IMG/VR virus record: IMGVR_UViG_3300044712_001463
Length of the DNA: 64,000 nucleotides
DNA from: a virus
Taxonomy: Duplodnaviria > Heunggongvirae > Uroviricota > Caudoviricetes
Reading direction: 5' to 3' (one strand)
The position numbers and the translations under genes are program-made. This document shows positions 53,828 to 61,867 of the stretch, piece after piece. Numbering within the stretch: position 1 is the first letter of the stretch; the number at the start of each line of letters is the position of its first letter. Below the pieces are notes generated by a model, which ran no database searches, had not been told where the DNA came from, and worked only from the letters and a program-made list of their open reading frames with translations.

Positions 53828-54046
53828 ATGTTGACCTTCAAGGAAAACGTCAAGAAGTTCGGCAAACCCATTCAGGGCAAGGTCTATGACTGCAAACTCC
53901 AAAGTTTCACCTCGGGCAAGATTGTCGAGGAAAAGTTAGTCGCGGTCTTCAAGGATGACTGTGCGTGGAGAACGGCAGATGACTTCTCGGAAATCAACGA
54001 GATGAATTGGAACGTCATCGAATGGCATCTTGCCAAGGAGAAGTAG
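53828..54046 (+). CDS. hypothetical protein
   Basis: SD gaagga. Confidence 0.4.
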   Translation: MLTFKENVKKFGKPIQGKVYDCKLQSFTSGKIVEEKLVAVFKDDCAWRTADDFSEINEMNWNVIEWHLAKEK

Positions 54047-54048
54047 TC

Positions 54049-54294
54049 ATGAGCAATCCTCTGCGACAGGACAGACTTCCCAAGGACAAGAAGACCAAGC
54101 GGTGCCCTGCTTACATCCGTGAGAAGTATGGACTTGACAGGAGGGGCAAGGGGAAGAACGGGGAACTCTCCCTGCTTCAGGCATCCCACATCCTCGCTCA
54201 CCGCCCTGAACCTACCCTGCGTGAACACATCGAAACCTTCATCGCCAAGGTTTTCGGATATGAAGGCAACCTTCCTTGGAATGAGAGGATGTAA
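54049..54294 (+). CDS. hypothetical basic protein
   Basis: SD aaggag. Confidence 0.45.
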   Translation: MSNPLRQDRLPKDKKTKRCPAYIREKYGLDRRGKGKNGELSLLQASHILAHRPEPTLREHIETFIAKVFGYEGNLPWNERM

Positions 54295-54437
54295 TGACTA
54301 CCTTCGTTCTTATCCTCATAGTGTTTGCTTCCCTTACCTTCCTCTTTGGCATGATTGGTCTTGCCTTGTGGGGAATGGGGTTCATCAAGGGAACCATGCC
54401 CCTAACCAAAGCAAACACTGTTGGTCTTCGCCTTTAA
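54294..54437 (+). CDS. small TM peptide (47 aa)
   Basis: TAATG overlap; hydrophobic. Confidence 0.3.
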   Translation: MTTFVLILIVFASLTFLFGMIGLALWGMGFIKGTMPLTKANTVGLRL

Positions 54438-54440
54438 TCC

Positions 54441-54468
54441 TTGACAAGTCTTTAAGAATAGATATAAT
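54441..54468 (+). promoter_or_regulatory. cassette promoter
   Basis: consensus. Confidence 0.7.
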
Positions 54469-54498
54469 AAAGATACACCCCAACAAAGGAAGTCAGTC

Positions 54499-54744
54499 AT
54501 GAAACTCACGTGGACAGTCTCTAAGGTTCCTGGGTGCTCCTCCAAACACTACATCTCCAATCCGCACCCCATGGTCAAGTTCGTCATCACCACTGCCTGT
54601 GGTTCATCCAAGGAAGGAAGGGTCTACATGTTCGGGGGTTGCATTCCCCACATCGGGTTCGGCAGTCTAGACAACTGCAAGAAAGCATGCGAAGATTTCT
54701 ACAACGGTCTCCTCGCTCTCTCTTCCCCTCCCTCAGGAGTCTAA
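54499..54744 (+). CDS. Cys-containing hypothetical protein
   Basis: Promoter 54441 (near-identical to 39732 unit); SD aaggaag. Confidence 0.5.
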   Translation: MKLTWTVSKVPGCSSKHYISNPHPMVKFVITTACGSSKEGRVYMFGGCIPHIGFGSLDNCKKACEDFYNGLLALSSPPSGV

Positions 54745-54815
54745 CATGTCCGTCGTCCGAGTCACTTCCCATCGCAAGATGCACTAGAATCCTGGAAAAC
54801 CCTTGTAACTCAAGC

Positions 54816-54846
54816 ACAAAGCCCCAGAAATGGGGCTTTTTTGCGT
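54816..54846 (+). terminator. rho-independent terminator
   Basis: aaagccccagaaatggggcttttttgcg. Confidence 0.65.
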
Positions 54847-54912
54847 GCCATAGACTGCCATAAGGCGCCTTATGACCTGTACCGGCTAGAAATGCGGGCA
54901 AAATACTTCATT

Positions 54913-54932
54913 TCTACTTAAATATAAGTAGT
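54913..54932. repeat. inter-cassette palindrome tCTACTTA-AATA-TAAGTAGt (last copy, at GC-rich/AT-rich boundary)
   Basis: family member. Confidence 0.7.
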
Positions 54933-55028
54933 TTTAACTGGAGAAAAAGGGCTTGATCTGGATAAGAAATTCGAGTTTTCTGAGGAAAGCGAGCCAGGTC
55001 CCCATATCCACGCTTTATAACTTTTCGT

Positions 55029-55158
55029 CAAAAGTTTTGTCCAATGCAAATCAATAAATGTACTTGGCTATTTAAAAAATTTTGCCATTAGAAATCAAAA
55101 CCTTTTGTCCAAAAAGTAGTTCGCTATTTTTTTATTGGGAAAATTTCGCGCCAAAACC
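55029..55158. repeat. four iteron-like direct repeats aaa(N)TTTTG(T/C)CCAa in AT-rich non-coding DNA
   Basis: caaaagttttgtccaa; aaaaaattttgccatt; aaaaccttttgtccaaaaa; gaaaatttcgcgccaaaacc. Confidence 0.5.
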
Positions 55159-55209
55159 CTTTTATAATAGCACCTAGTCCAAACCCCGTCCTTATCAGTT
55201 CTTGGCAAA

Positions 55210-55253
55210 GTGTGACACCAGTACTGTTATGGGTAGTATGTATGGTGTCACAC
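55210..55253. repeat. 10 bp perfect inverted repeat GTGTGACACC-N24-GGTGTCACAC
   Basis: Read directly; at boundary between cassette array and AT-rich operon. Confidence 0.7.
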
Positions 55254-55329
55254 TAATTAAAAATCTTTTAAAAGGTAAGAAAATTGAGTATAGTAGAAAG
55301 CGAGAACTTCTAACTTTCGGGGGCTACAG

Positions 55330-55650
55330 ATGGTTATTGCATTTGCATATGTATTGTTTTTAATAGTGATGTCCATTATAACCAAGGTATGGTATAAATG
55401 GTATAAAATGAAGTTGGATAGTTCGAATTCATTTTATATGGACATGCCTAGGATACATAGGCAGATTTATTCTGTGCTTGAGGATATAGCAGATGACATG
55501 TTCATTATATATGTTTTGCTTATGCCTATTTTTTTAATAGGCTTTTTGGTTATTGGTATCTTTGTATTATTCGTTTATGTAATAGATTTATTATCAGAAA
55601 AGATTTTTATTATAGCGACATCTAAAAATAAATTAAATAAGAAGGGGTAG
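55330..55650 (+). CDS. small membrane protein
   Basis: 2 TM helices. Confidence 0.45.
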   Translation: MVIAFAYVLFLIVMSIITKVWYKWYKMKLDSSNSFYMDMPRIHRQIYSVLEDIADDMFIIYVLLMPIFLIGFLVIGIFVLFVYVIDLLSEKIFIIATSKNKLNKKG

Positions 55651-55652
55651 AC

Positions 55653-55901
55653 ATGCATTTGCCGTATAAGGGCAAAATCCTAGCCTTCGATTCTGACGGG
55701 TTTGTTTATAGGACCGACCAAGAGGGCGAGTTTAGTATAATAAAGGGTTTAAAGGGCAACTGGATGCCAAATAGCGTGTATGTGGAAGGGGATTGGACGG
55801 TCTATTTATCAGAAGGAATAACAATAAATCAAGTAACAGAATGGCAGGGGACTTGGATACTTGAAAACTTAAGAAATCCACCTGGGACTAGCAATGGCTA
55901 A
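55653..55901 (+). CDS. hypothetical protein
   Basis: Coupled ORF. Confidence 0.45.
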   Translation: MHLPYKGKILAFDSDGFVYRTDQEGEFSIIKGLKGNWMPNSVYVEGDWTVYLSEGITINQVTEWQGTWILENLRNPPGTSNG

Positions 55902-56106
55902 GCGTGTATATCGAAAGGTTATTGGCAAGACATTTGTTATCAAGAAAAAGCATCGTAGTAAAATCATTGATTTTACTACTGGGGATGTTATTAATAGAAT
56001 AAAGATTATAGGTTTTCTAGACAATGGTTATGAAGGGTTTTTTAAAAGAAACCTTATTTACAAGATGACCTACTATCAATTGAAAAAGTATTATAAAGAG
56101 GTCTAG
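55894..56106 (+). CDS. hypothetical protein
   Basis: Overlap coupling. Confidence 0.4.
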   Translation: MAKRVYRKVIGKTFVIKKKHRSKIIDFTTGDVINRIKIIGFLDNGYEGFFKRNLIYKMTYYQLKKYYKEV

Positions 56107-56109
56107 ACC

Positions 56110-56349
56110 ATGCGCATACTTGGCGAGATGTTTAAATGCAGGATGAATGTAGATGAATTATCTGATTGTATGCCTAAGTATGTTCTTGTCATGCGTCGAG
56201 AGACCCATGCATCTAGAGGCAAGGCATATCATATTCTTTTTGCCGATGACAAGCAAACGCTTTTAAAGCGAACCCATCGTCGGGATTTTCTTTACGCTCG
56301 GATATCGCCATATATCCTAAAGACTTACTATGATAGGGTCAAAAGGTGA
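56110..56349 (+). CDS. hypothetical protein
   Basis: Coupled ORF. Confidence 0.4.
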   Translation: MRILGEMFKCRMNVDELSDCMPKYVLVMRRETHASRGKAYHILFADDKQTLLKRTHRRDFLYARISPYILKTYYDRVKR

Positions 56350-56367
56350 GAAAATTTTTAATTTTTT

Positions 56368-56604
56368 GTGTTTCGGATGAATTTGTATATACCCCGACCC
56401 TCGGATGATATAACAATGGCTTCCAAGAGACACATTAGAAGAAAGATGTGCAACGGCAAGACCGCATACAAAGAGCAGCAATTTGCTGTGCTAGCGCTTA
56501 TTAATATGAAACGTAATGACGATTGCGAAAATATGTGCTCCTATAAATGTTCATTTTGCAAACAATGGCACATTGGACATTTTGATCCAAAGAGAAGGCA
56601 ATGA
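56368..56604 (+). CDS. small Cys4 zinc-ribbon-like protein
   Basis: CENMCSYKCSFCKQWH. Confidence 0.4.
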   Translation: MFRMNLYIPRPSDDITMASKRHIRRKMCNGKTAYKEQQFAVLALINMKRNDDCENMCSYKCSFCKQWHIGHFDPKRRQ

Positions 56605-56834
56605 AGATAATCGGAAAAGTATTCAAAAGAGTCGGTGGCTCCCATAGATGGAAGTATATGAAGGTTCAATCAAGAACCTTCTATGGAGGTTTGGGAGCCG
56701 CTGCCGGATACAGTGCAGGGAAATACAGCTATAATGTTCGTTGCTCTGATAAGATCAGTGAACTTAATGAAGTCGATGGCTCATGGGATTTTCTTTCATA
56801 TTACGAACTAAAAAGAGATTACATACCAGTATAG
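56601..56834 (+). CDS. hypothetical protein
   Basis: ATGA coupling. Confidence 0.4.
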   Translation: MKIIGKVFKRVGGSHRWKYMKVQSRTFYGGLGAAAGYSAGKYSYNVRCSDKISELNEVDGSWDFLSYYELKRDYIPV

Positions 56835-56933
56835 GAGAATTGAAAATGATAAGAGAATTCCTGGAAGCAATCGGCAAAACCAAAGAACAGCATTATCAAG
56901 AATGCTTTGATAATTTTCACTTAGAGGTCTCGT

Positions 56934-57155
56934 GTGAATAAGCTAATGTTAGCATTTGCTTTGGTTCTGATGCTGAGAGTGACCTGGACCGACAGTCCTC
57001 CCATCGGGAAAAATTCAGACATGGATGGCGTGGTTGTTGGGTCGCTTGCCATTGCAAATGTGCCTCATTTTCTAGTCAGAACTGATGATGGCAAGATTCA
57101 TCAGGTTGTTGTTGATTATATTTATAGTAGCAAATGGGCGGAGGTAAAGCAATGA
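56934..57155 (+). CDS. secreted small protein (signal peptide), paralog of 61360
   Basis: LMLRVTWT signal segment; shared motifs with 61360. Confidence 0.45.
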   Translation: MNKLMLAFALVLMLRVTWTDSPPIGKNSDMDGVVVGSLAIANVPHFLVRTDDGKIHQVVVDYIYSSKWAEVKQ

Positions 57156-57367
57156 AGAAACTATTGAAGAAGTTTGATGGCGACTTATGGATATATAACG
57201 ATGACTTTGTTAATAAGAACTTCAATGAGGCCGACAAGCGGGATATTATCTTTTGGCGCTGGGAGATTAGAGTTCTCAAACTTATATTTTTTGTTACTAT
57301 GACTGCATCTGTATTAGGAATGATCTATTGCCTTTACAAACTTTTCAAGGGGATGATTCATGGATAA
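57134..57367 (+). CDS. membrane protein
   Basis: TM helix. Confidence 0.4.
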   Translation: MGGGKAMKKLLKKFDGDLWIYNDDFVNKNFNEADKRDIIFWRWEIRVLKLIFFVTMTASVLGMIYCLYKLFKGMIHG

Positions 57368-57629
57368 TAAAGAAATTCAAGAGTTGTCAAGAATCTTCGC
57401 ATTCGAAATTATTAATAAAATGAATGAACGAAGCAGATGGGGATGGGATTATCTAAACTTTGAAATTGGACCCCTTATTCCAGAAGAAGCCATCAAGGGC
57501 GTTGTTGCTTTCTTAAATGACCCTGGAAGATGCGAACACCTAGCAACAGGAAAAGAAATCGCCTATCGTGGCGTTCACTATACCAATGGTGAAACAAAGA
57601 ATTGGCTGATAAGTATTTCCTGGGCTTAA
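57360..57629 (+). CDS. hypothetical protein
   Basis: Coupled ORF. Confidence 0.4.
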   Translation: MDNKEIQELSRIFAFEIINKMNERSRWGWDYLNFEIGPLIPEEAIKGVVAFLNDPGRCEHLATGKEIAYRGVHYTNGETKNWLISISWA

Positions 57630-57646
57630 CCTAAAGGAGAAATTAA

Positions 57647-57946
57647 ATGAATATGTGCGCCGTTAAAAAGACTGCAAGGGATTTTGGTGTTTTTTTTGGA
57701 ATAACTGCTGGGATTTTTTTATTTGGCGGGCTATTAGTTTCCTGGGTCAATTTTTGCGTCGAACATAAATGGGGTCCATTTATTGGGCTTATTCCCATGT
57801 ATCCAATTTGTGCTTTTCTTTGTTTTATGGTTATTAAAGCTGAATATAATCACAATGTTATGTTATGCGAATGTGCCGCTGAACGAGAAAAGCAATATGC
57901 AGAACGAGAGAAGAAGGCAAACAAAAAGAAGAGGAGTAAGCGATGA
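57647..57946 (+). CDS. membrane protein
   Basis: RBS aaggag; 2 TM. Confidence 0.45.
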   Translation: MNMCAVKKTARDFGVFFGITAGIFLFGGLLVSWVNFCVEHKWGPFIGLIPMYPICAFLCFMVIKAEYNHNVMLCECAAEREKQYAEREKKANKKKRSKR

Positions 57947-58425
57947 AGAATTTTAAAGTTTTAGGTATATCTATATTGGCTATTTTTTTAATTTTATTAT
58001 CTGTAATATTGTTTAATAAAACTCACAAGAAAATGTTTGATGTAAAACTTATCGACAGTCCTTTTGTAGACGAAGCCATGGATGCCCAAAAGCATAAACT
58101 GACTTACACCGAACGGCTTGGCGATATCTATGGTGGAAAAATTATTGGAAAGTATTACGACAGAGGAGACCAGGACTCATGTATGATGGTAACTGATAGG
58201 CGTTGGGGAATAGTGGCTAGTGATAAGAACTTCTTGATTGATACCAATGTTGGCGATAAGGTCTGGTTTCACTATGACTACAGCAGAAACATCTGGTATA
58301 CCAAAACAGAGAAAAGTGCAATCGAATACAAACATCCAATTATGAATGGAATTGATGGCGGAGCTGGGATATCCGAAATTACAAAAGAACAATTCAATAA
58401 GATTAAAGCAAAAACGGAGAAATAA
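57943..58425 (+). CDS. signal-anchored protein
   Basis: N-terminal TM; ATGA coupling. Confidence 0.45.
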   Translation: MKNFKVLGISILAIFLILLSVILFNKTHKKMFDVKLIDSPFVDEAMDAQKHKLTYTERLGDIYGGKIIGKYYDRGDQDSCMMVTDRRWGIVASDKNFLIDTNVGDKVWFHYDYSRNIWYTKTEKSAIEYKHPIMNGIDGGAGISEITKEQFNKIKAKTEK

Positions 58426-58426
58426 G

Positions 58427-58651
58427 ATGAATAAGACTATTAAAACCAGCATCAGTGGACCTCGCTGGGCAAATATTACTAACTTCCTTTTTCAAGCCAG
58501 TGTTGCTTATGGTTTTGATTTAGAGATACTTTATCGTGACAAAGGCTGGTTTAGGGAAGAAGTATTTTTTAAGATGAGTGGAGAGAGGAATATGGTAGAA
58601 GGTGCTTATAATGAAATAGTCAGACAACTTGAGGAGCATAACAAATCATGA
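58427..58651 (+). CDS. hypothetical protein
   Basis: Start ATG 58427. Confidence 0.4.
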   Translation: MNKTIKTSISGPRWANITNFLFQASVAYGFDLEILYRDKGWFREEVFFKMSGERNMVEGAYNEIVRQLEEHNKS

Positions 58652-58869
58652 GTAAACTAGATGCGCTTATATCAGAAATAGAGAAAAAAGGTTTTGATTG
58701 GAAATATGATTCCTTACATGGATGTGCTGAAATATGTAAATATAATAAAACTAGTTGTACATATTATGATGGTGAAGGCAAGAGTTGTTTAGAAGCCCTA
58801 GAAGATGCTTATAAAAAGTATAAGCAAAAAAAGGGAATCAAATCAGGTCCAGGAGATTGGGCGTTATAA
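58648..58869 (+). CDS. small Cys-containing protein
   Basis: ATGA coupling. Confidence 0.4.
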   Translation: MSKLDALISEIEKKGFDWKYDSLHGCAEICKYNKTSCTYYDGEGKSCLEALEDAYKKYKQKKGIKSGPGDWAL

Positions 58870-58882
58870 AAGGAAAATCAAA

Positions 58883-59074
58883 ATGAAAACCATCCTATTA
58901 GTATTGTCTTTAGTTCTGCTTTCTGGCTGTGTTACAGTGAAGCCAGTCCAGCCAATTACTAGACAACAACTGGTTTCCAATATGGTTGCTGAGATGATTT
59001 ATTGTTGGGACCGTGGATATCTAGATCAATGTCAGTGTTATAAAAACCTATTGAACAAACCATGCTCGGAGTAG
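58883..59074 (+). CDS. putative lipoprotein (lipobox LLSGC)
   Basis: Signal peptide + Cys lipobox. Confidence 0.45.
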   Translation: MKTILLVLSLVLLSGCVTVKPVQPITRQQLVSNMVAEMIYCWDRGYLDQCQCYKNLLNKPCSE

Positions 59075-59078
59075 TAAA

Positions 59079-59297
59079 ATGAAAGCCATCATTTGTAAGT
59101 GCGGACATGAGGAATGGAAACACGATGATGGTTTTATAGATCAAGAATGTGGGGTTATTTATCAGGAAAAAGGTTGTAGGGAGTGTGATTGCAAAGAAGG
59201 TTATGAACAACTTATTATCGAGCGCCTTGAATCACTTGAAACCGAAAACGAAGAACTCAAGACTAAATTAAATACAAAGCAAGGAGTAGCAAAATGA
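59079..59297 (+). CDS. zinc-ribbon + coiled-coil protein, paralog of 60838
   Basis: MKAIICKCGHEEWKHDD...GCRECDCKEG. Confidence 0.5.
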   Translation: MKAIICKCGHEEWKHDDGFIDQECGVIYQEKGCRECDCKEGYEQLIIERLESLETENEELKTKLNTKQGVAK

Positions 59298-59536
59298 AAA
59301 TTATCCTACTAGCACTCCTATTATCACTTGGCATTGGTCTAGCCGCTCAAGATGTTAAAGTAGTTTGTTCCACTGGATCATTTTTTGGGCTAGAGGATGA
59401 ATTAAATAACAAATTAGTTAAGCTTATTAAATCTGGATATAAAGCGCAGGGAGGCGTTTCGGTTTCAGTATGCAATCTTGATCTAGGTGGTGGTTTTAGA
59501 TATATAATCTGCCAAACAATGGTAAAGGAGAAATAA
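59294..59536 (+). CDS. secreted small protein
   Basis: Signal peptide. Confidence 0.45.
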   Translation: MKIILLALLLSLGIGLAAQDVKVVCSTGSFFGLEDELNNKLVKLIKSGYKAQGGVSVSVCNLDLGGGFRYIICQTMVKEK

Positions 59537-59537
59537 A

Positions 59538-59876
59538 ATGGGATTCCTATCAAAACTATTCCCTCCAGATCCGCCACATGTTCCGAAGTGGTATGCTATG
59601 TCAAGGAAGCGATATGAAGAATATGATAAAAGGCATTTGGAGGAATGCGGGAGTGTCATTAAAAAGAATATATATACAATTTCTAGAAATCAATCATTCG
59701 TAATATATTTCAATGGAAGTAAGGAGATTGATCGTGGATATATTACAGACATAAGTAATATGGACTTTGAAGAAGTAACTGACAAAGAGGCTATAAAGAG
59801 ACTAGATAAGATTTATGCTGATTTTAAAAAGAAGACAGAGCAGGAATATAGAAAACACATGCTTGCGGAGGATTGA
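59538..59876 (+). CDS. hypothetical protein
   Basis: Coupled ORF. Confidence 0.4.
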   Translation: MGFLSKLFPPDPPHVPKWYAMSRKRYEEYDKRHLEECGSVIKKNIYTISRNQSFVIYFNGSKEIDRGYITDISNMDFEEVTDKEAIKRLDKIYADFKKKTEQEYRKHMLAED

Positions 59877-60245
59877 GTGACGCCAAAATTTACAGCAACT
59901 ATAGGTAATATACGTTTTGGACAGACTCCTATGGGAACCGGTCCACATGGAGGTCATGCCGGAGATCAATGGATGGGTGACGTTTTTATAAGGAAAGATA
60001 AAAAAACAGTTAAGGTAATTAAAAATGTAGTCATTGATTATAATAGCGACGAGACTATTGCGCCTTCGGAAAGCAAGTTAAAAAGCAGGTGCGCCGACAA
60101 ACTACATGATTACATTCGAAACATTGAGTCTGAAAAACTAGAAGAACAATTTGAAGTCGATTATAAACGAAAGAAGAGGATGGCAAAACAGAAGGCTAAT
60201 GATATCGCAAAAACAGTAAAAGTTGAAATCGGAGGATTAAAATGA
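59877..60245 (+). CDS. hypothetical protein (GTG start)
   Basis: TGAGTG junction. Confidence 0.35.
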   Translation: MTPKFTATIGNIRFGQTPMGTGPHGGHAGDQWMGDVFIRKDKKTVKVIKNVVIDYNSDETIAPSESKLKSRCADKLHDYIRNIESEKLEEQFEVDYKRKKRMAKQKANDIAKTVKVEIGGLK

Positions 60246-60652
60246 ATAATAAATATGTACTAATTTTGATTTTTATTACTGTCGCTATTTTAGCCATCGG
60301 TTTAAATTATTATAAGAATCATCCAAAAGTTCAAACCATATCAATCATGAAAGACGAAAACTCCACACCATTGCCAAACCTAGAAGCCCTTAAGTGGTAT
60401 TGTGTAGGGCTCAATCAAGCCGCATGTTATGTTGTAGACGATAAAAAGAAGTATAAGGACTTGTCAATTATATTCATCAATGATGGTCCTGGATTTAACT
60501 TTGATAGAAAAGAAATACAGGAAATCATTGAGTTAGGTCGTTATGATATCTCAAGAACAGTTGAGGCTCCAGTAAAGCTTAACGACTACACCGTAAATGC
60601 GACTGGATACTTTCTTAAGGAGAAAAAAAATGAACATAGAAACCGTCGTTAG
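60242..60652 (+). CDS. signal-anchored protein
   Basis: N-terminal TM. Confidence 0.45.
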   Translation: MNNKYVLILIFITVAILAIGLNYYKNHPKVQTISIMKDENSTPLPNLEALKWYCVGLNQAACYVVDDKKKYKDLSIIFINDGPGFNFDRKEIQEIIELGRYDISRTVEAPVKLNDYTVNATGYFLKEKKNEHRNRR

Positions 60653-60836
60653 TGTAAGCAACAAGGATTTGAAAGATTCTGCAAAAGATAAGCAAGTTGG
60701 AGATGTTTCATTTTTTGACTTTACAGTTCCAATTGAACTTTTTGAAAAAGCAGACAGGGTAATATATGAAGGAGATAATTTTAGAAAGATTATAAAGGAT
60801 AGACGCAATTCAGTTGGTGTTATTTTTAGGAGTTGA
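60630..60836 (+). CDS. hypothetical protein
   Basis: SD aaggag; start ATG 60630. Confidence 0.4.
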   Translation: MNIETVVSVSNKDLKDSAKDKQVGDVSFFDFTVPIELFEKADRVIYEGDNFRKIIKDRRNSVGVIFRS

Positions 60837-60837
60837 A

Positions 60838-61194
60838 ATGAAACCGATTATCTGTAAGTGCGGGCATGATTGGTGGCGACATGATGAAGCCAACTCTGAT
60901 CTTGAGCAGAAAAAAGGTTGCAGAAAATGTGATTGTAAAAAAGGAGACGATGAACTTATCTTTGAAAGAATAGAGTCTCTAGAAAATAGAGTAAGGGCTT
61001 ATAGAAAGGCTTGGGCTGACAAACGGTTACATTGGAAAATTGCCGATAACTGTGCAAAACAATTCGTTAAATCAAATATGAACCTTATTGATAAAAATAG
61101 TAAATTAGAAGCAAAGTTAAATCCTAAATGCACTTGTCAAAAGTGTTCGGGTCTACCAGAAGAACTTAGTGATGCCAATCTTTACAAGGAGTAG
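60838..61194 (+). CDS. zinc-ribbon + coiled-coil protein, paralog of 59079
   Basis: MKPIICKCGHDWWRHDE...GCRKCDCKKG. Confidence 0.5.
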   Translation: MKPIICKCGHDWWRHDEANSDLEQKKGCRKCDCKKGDDELIFERIESLENRVRAYRKAWADKRLHWKIADNCAKQFVKSNMNLIDKNSKLEAKLNPKCTCQKCSGLPEELSDANLYKE

Positions 61195-61198
61195 TAAG

Positions 61199-61360
61199 GT
61201 GAAATATATTTATATTGTCAAAAATAAACATAATCCCTTGGCTTATTTTACTACAAAAGAATTAGCTGAAGAATTCATCGAAATGAATGACTGGGCTTGC
61301 AATATGTGGATTACCAAAGAAGAAATTGATGCACCAATTGAAAAAATGGAGTTGGCGTAA
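61199..61360 (+). CDS. hypothetical protein (GTG start)
   Basis: SD aaggag. Confidence 0.35.
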   Translation: MKYIYIVKNKHNPLAYFTTKELAEEFIEMNDWACNMWITKEEIDAPIEKMELA

Positions 61361-61584
61361 TGAAAACTCTGCTTTCAGTTCTCTTACTGACTGTTATGCT
61401 TCGTGTTTGGTGGACAGAGCACGACCACTTAGGAATGCATTACAAAGCTGGTAGTGGTATTTTGATAAATGTAGGAGGCTATGGTCTTCTTTATGTGGTA
61501 AATGATAGTGGTGGTCTTATAACAATAAAATCAAAGGTTATTAATAAAATGAAATGGGTTGAAGTTAATGCTGAGAAGTCATAA
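61360..61584 (+). CDS. secreted small protein, paralog of 56934
   Basis: VMLRVWWT signal segment. Confidence 0.45.
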   Translation: MKTLLSVLLLTVMLRVWWTEHDHLGMHYKAGSGILINVGGYGLLYVVNDSGGLITIKSKVINKMKWVEVNAEKS

Positions 61585-61867
61585 AGTTTTGAAAAGGAGT
61601 AGTTATGCATTTTGGACACTTTAGTTTTACGCACTTCTTTGAGTTCCTGGCGGCTATCATTGCTTCGAGGATTGTCTGGCATTATATCAGAAAGTATCTA
61701 CCATAGGAGAATAAAATGTACGTATTCGTTGTTATAGGAAAGCCATGGGAAGAGCCAGTCGTATTTGCCGAAAGGGAAAAGGCTGAAATGTATTGCGAAG
61801 ATGCAAATGGATATGAAGAATTGAATGATGGTTTCGAATATAAAGTCTTTCCTTGTGAGGTGATAAA

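Noticed and set aside
28647-54932. Whether the 14 palindromic repeats form a CRISPR array
   Set aside because: Repeat spacing is 0.5-5 kb and holds whole genes, promoters and terminators. CRISPR units would be ~30 bp. There is no leader or cas context.
55210-55253. CRP/FNR-type site suggested by TGTGA...TCACA
   Set aside because: The half-sites are separated by 24 bp rather than 6 bp. Kept only as a generic inverted repeat.
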